Positions 9,811 through 19,467 of a stretch of DNA of 64,000 nucleotides are shown here, in pieces. Source of the DNA: an uncultured Gemmatimonadales bacterium (GTDB lineage Bacteria > Gemmatimonadota > Gemmatimonadetes > Gemmatimonadales > Gemmatimonadaceae); NCBI GenBank assembly GCA_963701965.1, contig OY969695.1, positions 1,504,001 to 1,568,000 of the forward strand, read 5' to 3'. Numbering within the stretch: position 1 is the stretch's first letter; each line of letters opens with the position of its first letter. A model generated the notes under the pieces. It had not been told where the DNA came from. It was given only the letters and a program-made list of their open reading frames with translations, and searched no databases. The position numbers and the translations under genes were made by a program.

Positions 9811-11037
9811 TTGTCCACCGCGCTATCCGTCGGCCGTGGGCAGCACACGCTGTTCGTGCTGCCAAATGATCCATCGTCCGTGCCGGCATTCATGAGCCCA
9901 GCGCTCGAGCGCCTGGGCGACGGGCATCCCACCGTCCTCGTCGTGACCGCCGACGCCGAGAGCGCCGTCGTCGTGGCGGGCGCGCTGGCGCGCCAGGGCA
10001 CCGCGGGCGTGCTGGCGGCGACCGCGGTCGGCCGCGCCGCGCGCGCGTTGCATGCGACGCCACCCACCGTCGTCGTCGGTCCGAGCGACGTGCTGCTCGG
10101 TCTTCTCCGCCATAGCGCGCTCAAGCTCGAGGGCGTGACGGCGGTGGTCATCGCCTGGGCGGATGAGATCCTGCGCACGGGGCAAATGACCGCGCTCGAG
10201 GCGGTGTTGGCCGATGCGCCAAAGGACGCGCCGCGGACCATCGCGACGTCGACCGAAACACCCGAACTGGAAGCGTTCATCGAACGGTACGCGCGGCGTC
10301 CGCGCCGCGTCGGCGCCGCGGGTGTCGCGGGGTCTGCCGCGGCCGTGCGCTATGTGACCGTGACGGCGGAGAGCCGCCCGGTCGCGCTGCGCCGTCTGCT
10401 CGACGACACCGATCCGGCGTCGGCGTTCGTGTTCGTGCGCTCGGATCGGTCCGAACAGATGGTCCGGGAGGTCCTGGACACCCTCGGCTACGGCGCGCCG
10501 AACGCGCCGGTGCGCCTTTCGCGCGGGGCGCCGACGGAAAGCGCCGCCCTGGTCGTGTTGTACGACATCCCGCTCGATACCCAAGAGCTCGGCGCGGTGC
10601 TCGCCGTGATGCCGGTGCTCGCGGTCGCGCTGGCCGAGCGGCGGGAGTTGTCGCGATTGCCAGGGGCGAGGCCCCTGCCGCTCAGCGGGCCGATCGAGCG
10701 GACAAAGCAGAGCGTCGATGAGCTGAGCCAGGTACTGGAGGCCGGCGTGCCGGCGGCGGAGCTTCGGCTCTTGGAGCCGATGCTGGAGCGATACGACGGT
10801 ATCGAAATCGCGGCCGCGGCGTTGCATCTGCTGGAGCGCCAGCGGCGACCCATCAGCAAGCCCGCCCCGCCGCCCGAGCAGCGGCCCCCCGAACGCCGAC
10901 CGCCCGAGCGCCGGCCGAGTGAGCGCCCCAGCGCCGGACCAGGGCGTCGGGGCCCCCCGGAGCGGCGTGGACCGCCGGAACGGCGTGGGCCACCGGAGCG
11001 ACGTGGGCCGCCCGAACGGCGCCCGCCGCGCGCATAA
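9811..11037 (+). CDS. Degenerate DEAD-box helicase-like protein with PPERR repeat tail
   Basis: RecA-like pattern (VVVGP..LL.LL..ALKLEGV..VVIAWADEIL, AFVFVRS, VVLYDIP) and DeaD-like EIAAAALHLL, but no Walker A or DEAD motif. Confidence 0.6.
   Translation: MSTALSVGRGQHTLFVLPNDPSSVPAFMSPALERLGDGHPTVLVVTADAESAVVVAGALARQGTAGVLAATAVGRAARALHATPPTVVVGPSDVLLGLLRHSALKLEGVTAVVIAWADEILRTGQMTALEAVLADAPKDAPRTIATSTETPELEAFIERYARRPRRVGAAGVAGSAAAVRYVTVTAESRPVALRRLLDDTDPASAFVFVRSDRSEQMVREVLDTLGYGAPNAPVRLSRGAPTESAALVVLYDIPLDTQELGAVLAVMPVLAVALAERRELSRLPGARPLPLSGPIERTKQSVDELSQVLEAGVPAAELRLLEPMLERYDGIEIAAAALHLLERQRRPISKPAPPPEQRPPERRPPERRPSERPSAGPGRRGPPERRGPPERRGPPERRGPPERRPPRA
10871..11025 (+). repeat. Coding repeat (PPERR/GPPERR, about 8 units)
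   Basis: 15- and 18-bp periodic units that differ at synonymous positions. Confidence 0.85.
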
Positions 11038-11044
11038 CGCACGA

Positions 11045-11073
11045 GGCCCCTGACGTCATAGACGCCAGGGGCC
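11045..11073. terminator. Hairpin downstream of the DEAD-like gene
   Basis: GGCCCCTGACGTC-ATA-GACGCCAGGGGCC, 13-bp stem with one mismatch; no clear U-tract. Confidence 0.5.
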
Positions 11074-11276
11074 GTTGCATGGTGCTGCGTAGCCGTCAGG
11101 CATTGCTCACACCACGCTGATATCCTATGCAGACGGCGCGCCACGCGCCATTACGCGGGCGGACGTCAATGTCACGATCTGCGACATGACGGTAAGCCGG
11201 GTGACGTCGCGCGGGGGGTTCGCGTCTATGGGACAACGCTGCATTCGACGCCACCCGACACGTCCGACCAGCCCGC

Positions 11277-12131
11277 ATGGGCGTCATCGCCACCCTTCTC
11301 CCCAACCCGACTCGCCTCCAGCGCCTGCGCGCGGCTATCCGCGACCGGCACTCGATCATCGCGTGCGAGGACTGGTCGGCGCTGACCCGGATGTGCGATA
11401 GCGAGCCCGTGCACCTCGCGGTCATCGATATCTACGCCGACGGCACCGCGAACTTCGAGAGCATTCGCCTCCTCAAGTTGCGCTTCCCGCGCGTGGCTCT
11501 GATCGCCTACGTGACGATCACGCCCGAGCGCGCGCGCGACATGTTCGATGCCGGCCGCTGCGGGTTCGACGGCCTGATCATCGCCGACACCAATGACGCC
11601 CCGCTGACCTTGCTGGCCCACGTGGACAAGGCCGAGGCGCGCAGCGTCGCCAGCCTTCTGCGCCGCCAAATCGGCGACCTCAAGCCCACGGCGCGGGACG
11701 CCGTGCTGGCCTCGGTGACGCGCGCGCACGAGCGCCTGACCCCCAATGCATTCGCGCGGCTTCTTGCCGTTCCACGGCGCCTTCTGACCCGCCGGCTGAC
11801 TGACAGCGGTTTCCCTCCACCGCACCGGTTGCTGACCTGGGGCCGATTGATCGTTGCCGCCCATATGCTGGAAGACAAGCACCGGAGCGCGGATAGCGTG
11901 GCGCAAGTGCTCGATTTCCCATCGGGGAGCGCGTTTCGAAACACCTGCCAACGGTACCTCCAGGCCACCCCACAGCAGCTCCGCGATCGTGGGGGCGCCG
12001 CCTACGTGATTGAGACTTTTCTAACCAGTGCCCGCCATCGCCGTCTCCCCGGACTCCCGGTGTCCCGCAACGGCAATGGCAATGGGCAAGTCCCTGTCGA
12101 AACGTCAGTTCCCAGCCTGAGTCCGACTTAG
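11277..12131 (+). CDS. AraC-type HTH regulator with N-terminal receiver-like domain
   Basis: LAVIDIY and AGRCGFDGLII receiver-like segments; C-terminal VAQVLDFPSGSAFRNTCQRYLQATP AraC signature. Confidence 0.75.
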   Translation: MGVIATLLPNPTRLQRLRAAIRDRHSIIACEDWSALTRMCDSEPVHLAVIDIYADGTANFESIRLLKLRFPRVALIAYVTITPERARDMFDAGRCGFDGLIIADTNDAPLTLLAHVDKAEARSVASLLRRQIGDLKPTARDAVLASVTRAHERLTPNAFARLLAVPRRLLTRRLTDSGFPPPHRLLTWGRLIVAAHMLEDKHRSADSVAQVLDFPSGSAFRNTCQRYLQATPQQLRDRGGAAYVIETFLTSARHRRLPGLPVSRNGNGNGQVPVETSVPSLSPT

Positions 12132-12159
12132 GGAATCAGAAGCACAATGTCGGGGTATG

Positions 12160-12187
12160 TTGACACACAGCCCCTGACACCTACCTT
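12160..12187 (+). promoter_or_regulatory. Sigma70-like promoter for coaE-gcvH
   Basis: TTGACA (12160-65), 16 nt, TACCTT (12182-87), 7 nt before the ATG. Confidence 0.6.
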
Positions 12188-12194
12188 GGGATTT

Positions 12195-12824
12195 ATGACG
12201 CTGATTGTCGGTCTCACTGGCAATATTGCCAGTGGAAAGACCACGGTTGCACGACTCTTCTCGGAACGAGGAGCAACGATCATCGACGCCGACGTGCTTG
12301 CCCGTCGCGCCGTCGAGCCTGGTACGCCTGCGTTCGACCAGATTGTCGAACGATGGGGCAGCGATGTCGTCGCCGTGGACGGTCTCCTCGACCGCTCGGC
12401 CCTGCGCCATCGGGTGTTCCCGAGCCACGAAGAGCTCGAGGAGCTGAACCAGATCGTCCATCCCGAGATCACGCGTCTCCGGAATCGCCTCCTGCGCGAC
12501 GCTCAAAATCGGGGCGACCGCATCGTGGTGTATGATCTCCCGCTCTTGTTCGAGCGCAAGCTGGCCAATGAGTTCAATCGCATCGTGCTCGTGGACGCGC
12601 CCCGTCCGTTGCGGCTGGACCGCTTGGTCCACGACCGCGGTCTCGACGAGACGGACGCGCTGGACATGATCGCCGCCCAGATGCCCGCCGAGTTGAAGCG
12701 CGCCCGCGCGGATTTCGTCATCGACAACGCCGGTACACTGAACGACCTGGAAGGTCGGGTCGTGTCGGTCTGGGCCGAGCTGGAGCGCGAAGCGGATTCG
12801 CTCGTCTCCCCCGTATCCATCTGA
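12195..12824 (+). CDS. coaE: Dephospho-CoA kinase
   Basis: VGLTGNIASGKTT, IIDAD, IVHP, PLLFE, ADFVIDN. Confidence 0.95.
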   Translation: MTLIVGLTGNIASGKTTVARLFSERGATIIDADVLARRAVEPGTPAFDQIVERWGSDVVAVDGLLDRSALRHRVFPSHEELEELNQIVHPEITRLRNRLLRDAQNRGDRIVVYDLPLLFERKLANEFNRIVLVDAPRPLRLDRLVHDRGLDETDALDMIAAQMPAELKRARADFVIDNAGTLNDLEGRVVSVWAELEREADSLVSPVSI

Positions 12825-12851
12825 TCTACCTGATCCACCTGATCTCTCTGA
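12821..12851 (+). repeat. 9-bp tandem repeat CTGATCYNN x3.5
   Basis: CTGATCTAC CTGATCCAC CTGATCTCT CTGA fills the whole coaE-gcvH spacer. Confidence 0.75.
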
Positions 12852-13241
12852 ATGGCTTCCAAAATTCCTGCAGACCTGATGTACACGACCGAGCACGAGT
12901 ACATCCGGACGAACGGCAACGGCGGCGCGCGCGTCGGCATCACGGACTACGCCCAGGGCGAGCTCGGCGACATCGTCTTTGTCGAGCTGCCGAAAGTCGG
13001 CACCACCCTCGCGGCCCACGACGTCTTCGGCACGGTTGAAGCCGTCAAGGCCGTGTCCGAGCTCATGTCGCCCATTGCCGGGACCGTGACCGCCGTCAAC
13101 GTGCGCCTCGATAAAGAACCGGCCCTCGTCAACACCGATCCGTACGGCGACGGGTGGATGATCGAGATCAAACCGGCCAATGCGAAGGCCCAGGGCGGGT
13201 TGATGACCGCTGGGGAGTACGCGAAGCACGTCGGTGACTGA
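12852..13241 (+). CDS. gcvH: Glycine cleavage H protein (lipoyl carrier)
   Basis: HEY, GITDYAQGELGDIVFVELP, VEAVKAVSE lipoyl-Lys, NTDPYGDGWM. Confidence 0.97.
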   Translation: MASKIPADLMYTTEHEYIRTNGNGGARVGITDYAQGELGDIVFVELPKVGTTLAAHDVFGTVEAVKAVSELMSPIAGTVTAVNVRLDKEPALVNTDPYGDGWMIEIKPANAKAQGGLMTAGEYAKHVGD

Positions 13242-13974
13242 CGGCTGGCGGCTCTTGGTCACGGAGCCGCTCCCGGGTGCGGACAACATGGCGCTGGACC
13301 ACGCACTGGTGCGGCGCGCGGCGCGCACCGGTGAGCGCGTCATTCGCGTGTACCGCTGGTCCCGGCCCACACTGTCCTTGGGCCGCAACCAACCGGCCCG
13401 GGGGTATTTCGATCCCGATCGGGCGCGGGAGTTGGGCATCGGCATCGTCCGTCGGCCGACCGGTGGTCGCGCGCTCCTGCACGATCGCGAGCTGACGTAC
13501 AGCGTCACGGTCCCCGCGGGCGACCGCCCGCGCGCCGTCTATGCCGCGGTCAATGCCATGTTGGTGGCGGCCCTTCGCCGACTCGGCGTGGAGGTGAGCA
13601 TCATCGCAACCGGCGCTTCCGCGCCCTCGGATGCCCCATGCTTCGATACGCCGGCCGCCGGGGAGTTGGCGTACGCCGGGCGGAAGCTGGCGGGCAGCGC
13701 GCAGTGGCGCGAGGGCGCTGGACTGCTGCAGCACGGGTCGATTCTCATCGACGACGACCAAGGGCTGATCGAGCGCCTGCGATCGGTACCAGGCCTGGTC
13801 ACGCCGGCGGCCACCCTGCGCGCGGCGCTCGGTCGTGCGCCCGGCGCCGAGGAGCTGGCCGACGCATTCGCGAGGACCGTTGGCGCGGTGCCATTGGTTG
13901 ACGGGGCCCTCGGCGCCGAGGCAAGGCAATTGCGAGCCCTCTACGACGACGACGCGTGGACGTGGCGGCGCTGA
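13234..13974 (+). CDS. Lipoate-protein ligase family protein (short, LipM/LplA-like)
   Basis: NMALD, LSLGRNQ, RRPTGGRALLHD, CF...GE, KLAGSAQ, LQHGSI; lacks the LplA C-terminal domain. Confidence 0.88.
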   Translation: MTDGWRLLVTEPLPGADNMALDHALVRRAARTGERVIRVYRWSRPTLSLGRNQPARGYFDPDRARELGIGIVRRPTGGRALLHDRELTYSVTVPAGDRPRAVYAAVNAMLVAALRRLGVEVSIIATGASAPSDAPCFDTPAAGELAYAGRKLAGSAQWREGAGLLQHGSILIDDDQGLIERLRSVPGLVTPAATLRAALGRAPGAEELADAFARTVGAVPLVDGALGAEARQLRALYDDDAWTWRR

Positions 13975-14005
13975 GACGTCCCACGCTGGTCGTTCGTCTC
14001 ATAGC

Positions 14006-14034
14006 TTGACGGCTACCCATACCCGGATCACTAT
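14006..14034 (+). promoter_or_regulatory. Sigma70-like promoter for the ABC operon
   Basis: TTGACG, 17 nt, CACTAT, 8 nt before ATG 14043. Confidence 0.5.
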
Positions 14035-14042
14035 TGCCCGCT

Positions 14043-15695
14043 ATGCAACGGCGCCGGCTCGTGACGACGGCACTGCTGGCGATCGGCGCTATGGTTAGCG
14101 CGTGCCGTGATGCCGACCGCGCCCTGACGGGGAGCGGAAAGATCGGTGGCACCATCGTCTTCACGACCCCCGCCAACCCCGAAAGCCTGCTCCCCCCCGC
14201 GATCGTCGGTCAGCAAGCCAGCCCGATCGTCGAGATGTTGTTCGACTACCTCGCCGACCCGGACGACAGCATGCACGTGGTCGGCGACCACGGATTCACG
14301 CCCCGCCTCGCCGATCACTGGACCTGGGCGCCCGACTCGCTGTCCATCGCGTTCCACGTGGACCCGCGCGCCCGGTGGCACGACGGCGTGCCCGTCCGTT
14401 CGGCCGACGTGGCCTACACGTATCACTTGTACCGCAGTCCGGGAATGGGATCCACCGTCGCGGCCAGTTTCGCCCAGATGGACTCCGTCTCGACGCCGGA
14501 CTCGCTGACCGCGGTCTTCTGGTTCAAGCGCCGCTACCCGCTCCAGTTCTACGACGCCGCCAATTCGCTGCGCATCTGCCCGGCGCACCTCCTGGCCAAG
14601 ACACCGGTCGCCGACCTCCGGGCATCGGAGTTTGCCCGCCACCCGATCGGAACCGGGCGATACCGGTTTGTGCGCTGGCTGCCGAACGAGTTGATCGAGA
14701 TCGTCGCCGACACGGCGAATTATCGGGGACGGCCGAACATTGATCGGTTGGTGTGGGACATTGCCCCGACCTATCAGGCCTCCCTCGTCAAGCTGTACTC
14801 GGGCGAGGCCGACATGCTGGAGATCGTGCATCCCGACGACGCGGCCGACGTCACCAAGCACGGGCTGCGCACCGTCGTGTACCCGCAGCCGGCATACGGA
14901 TTCCTGGGCTTCAATCTCCGCCGGCCGATCTTCGCCGATCGCGGCGTCCGGCTGGCATTGGCGATGGCGCTCGATCGCCAGTCAATGGTGCGTAATGTGC
15001 TCGACACCCTGGGGTACGTGGGCCGTGGCCCATTCTCGCGCCTCGACCTGATCGGGGACTCGACCATCGCGCAGATCCCCTACGACACGGCGCGGGCGGG
15101 CCGGCTGCTCGACTCGCTGGGGTGGCGTCGTGGGCCGAGCGGTATCCGGACGCGCGGCGGTCGCACGCTGGCCTTCGAGGTCCTCGTCCCCTCGTCCAGC
15201 AAGTTCCGCATGCGGATGGCGGATCTGATCCAGGACCAACTCCAGCGTATCGGTGTCAGCGCGTCGCCGCGGACGTTCGAGCAGTCCGTGGTGCTGGGAC
15301 GCATCGCGGCGCACGATTTCGACGCGACCATCCAGACCTGGATCAGCGATCTGACCCCGAACGCGCCGAACGAATCGTGGAGCACGGAAGCCCAGACCAA
15401 CGGCATCAACTATTTCGGCTACTCGAATCCCATCGCCGATGCGGCGATCGATAGCGGGGTGGTCGAGATGGATCCCGGGCGCGCGGCGGCGCATTTCCAC
15501 CACGCGTTCGCGGTGATCGCGGCCGACGTGCCGGCGGTGTGGCTCTACGAGCCCCGGACGGTGGCCGCGATCAACGGCCGCATTCACACCGCGGCCTTCC
15601 GCCCCGATGGCTGGTGGATCCGGCTCGCGGACTGGTACATCCCGGCGGGCGAGCGCACGGCGCGCGATCGCGTCGGACTGGCCGCGGCCCGCTGA
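14043..15695 (+). CDS. Peptide ABC transporter substrate-binding lipoprotein (family 5)
   Basis: Lipobox VSAC, PRLADHW, WHDG.PV...DV, PIGTGRY, VRLALAMALDR. Confidence 0.92.
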   Translation: MQRRRLVTTALLAIGAMVSACRDADRALTGSGKIGGTIVFTTPANPESLLPPAIVGQQASPIVEMLFDYLADPDDSMHVVGDHGFTPRLADHWTWAPDSLSIAFHVDPRARWHDGVPVRSADVAYTYHLYRSPGMGSTVAASFAQMDSVSTPDSLTAVFWFKRRYPLQFYDAANSLRICPAHLLAKTPVADLRASEFARHPIGTGRYRFVRWLPNELIEIVADTANYRGRPNIDRLVWDIAPTYQASLVKLYSGEADMLEIVHPDDAADVTKHGLRTVVYPQPAYGFLGFNLRRPIFADRGVRLALAMALDRQSMVRNVLDTLGYVGRGPFSRLDLIGDSTIAQIPYDTARAGRLLDSLGWRRGPSGIRTRGGRTLAFEVLVPSSSKFRMRMADLIQDQLQRIGVSASPRTFEQSVVLGRIAAHDFDATIQTWISDLTPNAPNESWSTEAQTNGINYFGYSNPIADAAIDSGVVEMDPGRAAAHFHHAFAVIAADVPAVWLYEPRTVAAINGRIHTAAFRPDGWWIRLADWYIPAGERTARDRVGLAAAR

Positions 15696-16684
15696 TCGCA
15701 CCGGACCGGCGGCTCGGCGCGCTCGCGGCACGCGCCGGCCGCAAGGCGCGCGACGCGCTCATTGTCCTCTGGCTGGTCGCCACGTTCACGTTCGGCTTGA
15801 TCGCGCTCGCGCCCGGCGATCCGTGCGCGACCGACGACCCGCGCGTCACGGTCGCCGTACTGAAGGCCTGCCGGGTGCGGCTCGGCCTCGACGGCCCGTT
15901 GCTCCCCCGGTATACCGCATTCCTGGCGCATGCGGCGCGCGGAGACCTGGGCATATCGTTTCTGACGCAGCGACCGGTCGCCGAGATGATCGGCGATGCG
16001 CTGCCCAACACGCTGCTGCTCATGGGCGTCGCCATCGCTCTCAGCGTGGTCGCCGGTCTGGCGGTGGGCATCCTCCAGAGCGTATGGCCCCGCGCCATCG
16101 GCAGCCGCATCGCGGCGGCGATCTCGCTGGCGCTCTATTCGCTGCCCGACTTCTGGCTGGCGCAAGTCGCGCTGCTCGTCTTCGCCTACACGATCCCGAT
16201 CTTCCCGGCGGGAGGGACCGTGGCCCCCGTCGTCCACGACTATCTCGGTTTCGGGGGGCGCATCGCCGACCGGCTGTATCATCTCCTCCTGCCGGCGCTG
16301 ACCCTGGCGGCGCTCAACACCGCCTGGATCGCGCGCTATCAGCGCGGCGCGCTGCTCGAGGTGGCGCACGAAGACTACATGCGCACCGCCCGGGCCAAGG
16401 GTTTGCGCGAGCGCGACGTGATCCTCCGTCACGCGCTGCGCAATGCGCTGCTGCCGCTGATCACGAACATCGGACTCTCCCTGCCCGCGCTCCTCGGCGG
16501 CGCGTTATTCGTGGAGCAGGTATTCGCCTGGCCCGGGATGGGCCGCCTGGCATTCTACGCCATTTATACGCGCGACGCGCCGGTCGTCCTGGGCTGCGCC
16601 GTCATCGCCAGTGTAGCCGTCGTCACGGGCAGCTTCCTGGCCGACCTGCTGTACGCCGTCGCCGACCCGCGCCTCCGTGCATAG
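15692..16684 (+). CDS. Peptide ABC permease (OppB/DppB-like)
   Basis: PGDP, GDLG.S, ARAKGL...RHALRNA, FAWPGMG, DPR end. Start uncertain; possibly CTG at 15692. Confidence 0.9.
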   Translation: MIAPDRRLGALAARAGRKARDALIVLWLVATFTFGLIALAPGDPCATDDPRVTVAVLKACRVRLGLDGPLLPRYTAFLAHAARGDLGISFLTQRPVAEMIGDALPNTLLLMGVAIALSVVAGLAVGILQSVWPRAIGSRIAAAISLALYSLPDFWLAQVALLVFAYTIPIFPAGGTVAPVVHDYLGFGGRIADRLYHLLLPALTLAALNTAWIARYQRGALLEVAHEDYMRTARAKGLRERDVILRHALRNALLPLITNIGLSLPALLGGALFVEQVFAWPGMGRLAFYAIYTRDAPVVLGCAVIASVAVVTGSFLADLLYAVADPRLRA

Positions 16685-17543
16685 ATCGGCGGGTCCGTGG
16701 CACGCGGCCGCCCGGCGCTTGAGCCGCGATCCCGTCGTGCTCACCGCGACGAGCGTGCTGGTGGTCATCGTCGCGGCGGCGGTGCTGGCGCCGATCCTGG
16801 CGCCCCACGATCCCAATCGCCAGCTCGACATCGTCGCCCTCAAGGATCTGCCGCCATCACGCGCTTTCCCGTTCGGCACCGACCCGGTCTCCCGCGACGT
16901 CCTCTCCCGCGTGCTCTACGGCGGGCGGGTTTCGTTGCTGGTCGGATTTCTGGCGGCGCTGGGCGGCACGGTGATCGGGACGGCGTACGGCGCCATCGCG
17001 GGATTTACCGGCGGGCCGGTGGACAACGCGATGATGCGTCTCGTCGATGCCGGGATGGCGGTGCCGCGCGTGTTGCTCATCCTCGCCGTGGTGGCGCTCT
17101 GGGGCGGCGCGTCGACGCCGGCGCTCATCCTGTTGCTGGCCGCGACCGGCTGGTTGCCGATCAGCCGCCTGGTGCGGGCCGAGGTCATCGGCGTCTCCGC
17201 CCGCGAGTTCGCGATGGCCGCGCGCGCGCTCGGCGTCGGGCGCGCCCGCACCCTGGTGCGCCACATCCTCCCCAACGTGATGTCACCGGTAATCGTGGCC
17301 ACGACGCTCAGCGTCGGGAACGTGATTCTGCTCGAGGCCGGACTCTCGTTCATCGGCGTCGGCATTCAACCACCCCAGGCCAGCTGGGGAAACATCATGC
17401 AGGCGGGCGCGGACCGGCTGGTCGGTCTCTGGTGGATGTCGGTCTTTCCGGGCGTCGCCATCGTCACGACGGTGATGGCGATCAACGTGCTCGGCGACCG
17501 CTTGCGGGATGCCTTGGACCCGCGCGAGCTTCCGCCGCGGTGA
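16677..17543 (+). CDS. Peptide ABC permease (OppC/DppC-like)
   Basis: [39 protein letters not shown]. Confidence 0.93.
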   Translation: MHRSAGPWHAAARRLSRDPVVLTATSVLVVIVAAAVLAPILAPHDPNRQLDIVALKDLPPSRAFPFGTDPVSRDVLSRVLYGGRVSLLVGFLAALGGTVIGTAYGAIAGFTGGPVDNAMMRLVDAGMAVPRVLLILAVVALWGGASTPALILLLAATGWLPISRLVRAEVIGVSAREFAMAARALGVGRARTLVRHILPNVMSPVIVATTLSVGNVILLEAGLSFIGVGIQPPQASWGNIMQAGADRLVGLWWMSVFPGVAIVTTVMAINVLGDRLRDALDPRELPPR

Positions 17544-18526
17544 GTACGCTCCTGTCGGTCCACGACCTTCGCACCGTTTTCGACACGGACGCCGGCGTGG
17601 CGCGCGCCGTCGACGGCGTGTCGTTCGACGTCGCCAGCGGCGAGAGCGTGGGCGTCGTGGGCGAGTCGGGCTGCGGCAAGTCGGTGACGGCGTTCTCCGT
17701 CCTGCGCCTCATCCGCCCGCCCGGCCGCATCGACGCCAGCAGCCGGATCCTGTTCGACGGCGCCGACCTGCTGGCGCTCGACGACGAGGCCTTGCGCCGC
17801 ATCCGGGGCGACCGGATCGCGATGATCTTCCAGGAGCCGATGACGGCGCTCAACCCGGTCCTCCGCGTCGGCGACCAGATCGCGGAGGTCGTGCGTGCCC
17901 ACACGTCCGCTTCCGCGCGCGAAGCGCGCGAGCGCGCCGTCGAGATGCTCCGCCTGGTCGGGCTCGCCGATCCCGCCGTCCGCGCCACGCAGTATCCGCA
18001 CCAGCTCTCCGGCGGCACGCGCCAACGCGTCATGATCGGGATGGCGCTGGTGATGCACCCGGCATTGGTCATCGCCGACGAGCCGACGACGGCGCTCGAC
18101 GTCACGGTGCAGGCCCAGATCCTCGCGCTCTTGCACGACCTGCGATCGCGGCTCGACATGGCGCTGCTGCTCATCACGCACGACCTGGGCGTGATCGCCG
18201 AATCCACGTCGCGCGTCATTGTGATGTACGCCGGCGAGATCGTCGAGGAAGCGCCGGTCGCGGCGCTGTTCGATGCCCCGCAGCACCCGTATACCGAGGG
18301 GCTGCTGCGGGCGGTCCCTTCCCCGACGGCCGGCGATGGCTCCCGGCGCCTGGCCGTCATCCCCGGCTCGGTGCCACCCGCCACCCACTGGCCGGACGGC
18401 TGCCGGTTCCGGGAGCGGTGTCCGCACGCGTGGGACCGCTGCGCCGCGGAGCATCCCCCGCTGTACGCGATCGCCCCCGGGCGCGTCTCGCGATGTCACC
18501 TGGCCGACGAGCCGGGGCGCCGGTGA
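17540..18526 (+). CDS. Peptide ABC ATPase (OppD/DppD-like)
   Basis: GTG overlapping the previous stop; [22 protein letters not shown]-terminal Cys cluster. Confidence 0.93.
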   Translation: MSTLLSVHDLRTVFDTDAGVARAVDGVSFDVASGESVGVVGESGCGKSVTAFSVLRLIRPPGRIDASSRILFDGADLLALDDEALRRIRGDRIAMIFQEPMTALNPVLRVGDQIAEVVRAHTSASAREARERAVEMLRLVGLADPAVRATQYPHQLSGGTRQRVMIGMALVMHPALVIADEPTTALDVTVQAQILALLHDLRSRLDMALLLITHDLGVIAESTSRVIVMYAGEIVEEAPVAALFDAPQHPYTEGLLRAVPSPTAGDGSRRLAVIPGSVPPATHWPDGCRFRERCPHAWDRCAAEHPPLYAIAPGRVSRCHLADEPGRR

Positions 18527-19467
18527 CGCTCGTCCGCGTCCGCGACTTGGTCAAGCACTACGGGGCGACGCGCGCCGTCGACGGCGTGTCGTTCGAGATC
18601 GCGCGGGGCGAGACCCTGGCGTTGGTCGGCGAATCGGGGTCGGGGAAGACGACGACGGGCCGGGCGACCCTTCGCCTGCTGGAGCCGACGGCCGGCCGGA
18701 TCACGTTCGACGGCATCGATCTGGGCGGCCTGCGACCGGGCGAGCTGCGGCGGCTCCGCCGGCGCATGCAACTCGTCTTCCAGGACCCCTACGCCTCGCT
18801 CAACCCGCGGATGACGGTCGGCGCGATCATTCGCGAGGGACTGGTCATTCACCAGCTGGCGCAGGGCGCCGCGGCCGACGCGCGGGTCCGCGCGTTGTTG
18901 GACGAAGTCGGACTCCGGCCGGAGGCCGCGACCCGGTACCCCCACGAGTTTTCGGGCGGACAACGCCAGCGCGTCGGTATCGCCCGGGCGCTCGCCGTGG
19001 GGCCGGATTTCATCGTATGCGACGAGCCGGTGGCGATGCTCGACGTCTCGGTCCAAGCGCAGGTGATCAACCTGCTGATGGATCTGCAGCAGCAGCGCGG
19101 CCTCACGTATCTCTTCATCGCCCACGACCTCTCGGTGGTGGCGCACGTGGCGACGCGCGTGGCCGTGATGTATCTGGGTCGGATCGTCGAAATGGCACCC
19201 ACCAGCGACCTGTTTCGCGATCCGATCATGCCCTACACCCGGGCGCTGCTGTCGGCCGTGCCCGTCGCCGATCCCCATAGCCGGCGCCACCGGATCGTGC
19301 TGCCGGGCGAACCGCCGTCCCCCGCGCACCCGCCCACGGGTTGCGTCTTCCATCCCCGCTGCCCGCACCCGCGCAAGGACGACGCCTGCACCCGCGTCGT
19401 GCCTCCGCTCGAGGAAAAGGCGAGGGGTCACTGGGCCGCGTGCCTCAAGGAGCCGATGCGCTCATGA
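18523..19467 (+). CDS. Peptide ABC ATPase (OppF/DppF-like)
   Basis: [41 protein letters not shown]. Confidence 0.93.
   Translation: MTLVRVRDLVKHYGATRAVDGVSFEIARGETLALVGESGSGKTTTGRATLRLLEPTAGRITFDGIDLGGLRPGELRRLRRRMQLVFQDPYASLNPRMTVGAIIREGLVIHQLAQGAAADARVRALLDEVGLRPEAATRYPHEFSGGQRQRVGIARALAVGPDFIVCDEPVAMLDVSVQAQVINLLMDLQQQRGLTYLFIAHDLSVVAHVATRVAVMYLGRIVEMAPTSDLFRDPIMPYTRALLSAVPVADPHSRRHRIVLPGEPPSPAHPPTGCVFHPRCPHPRKDDACTRVVPPLEEKARGHWAACLKEPMRS

Noticed and set aside
10871..11025. Periodic repeats as a possible CRISPR array
   Set aside because: The units are in-frame coding repeats without unique spacers, and no cas genes are present.
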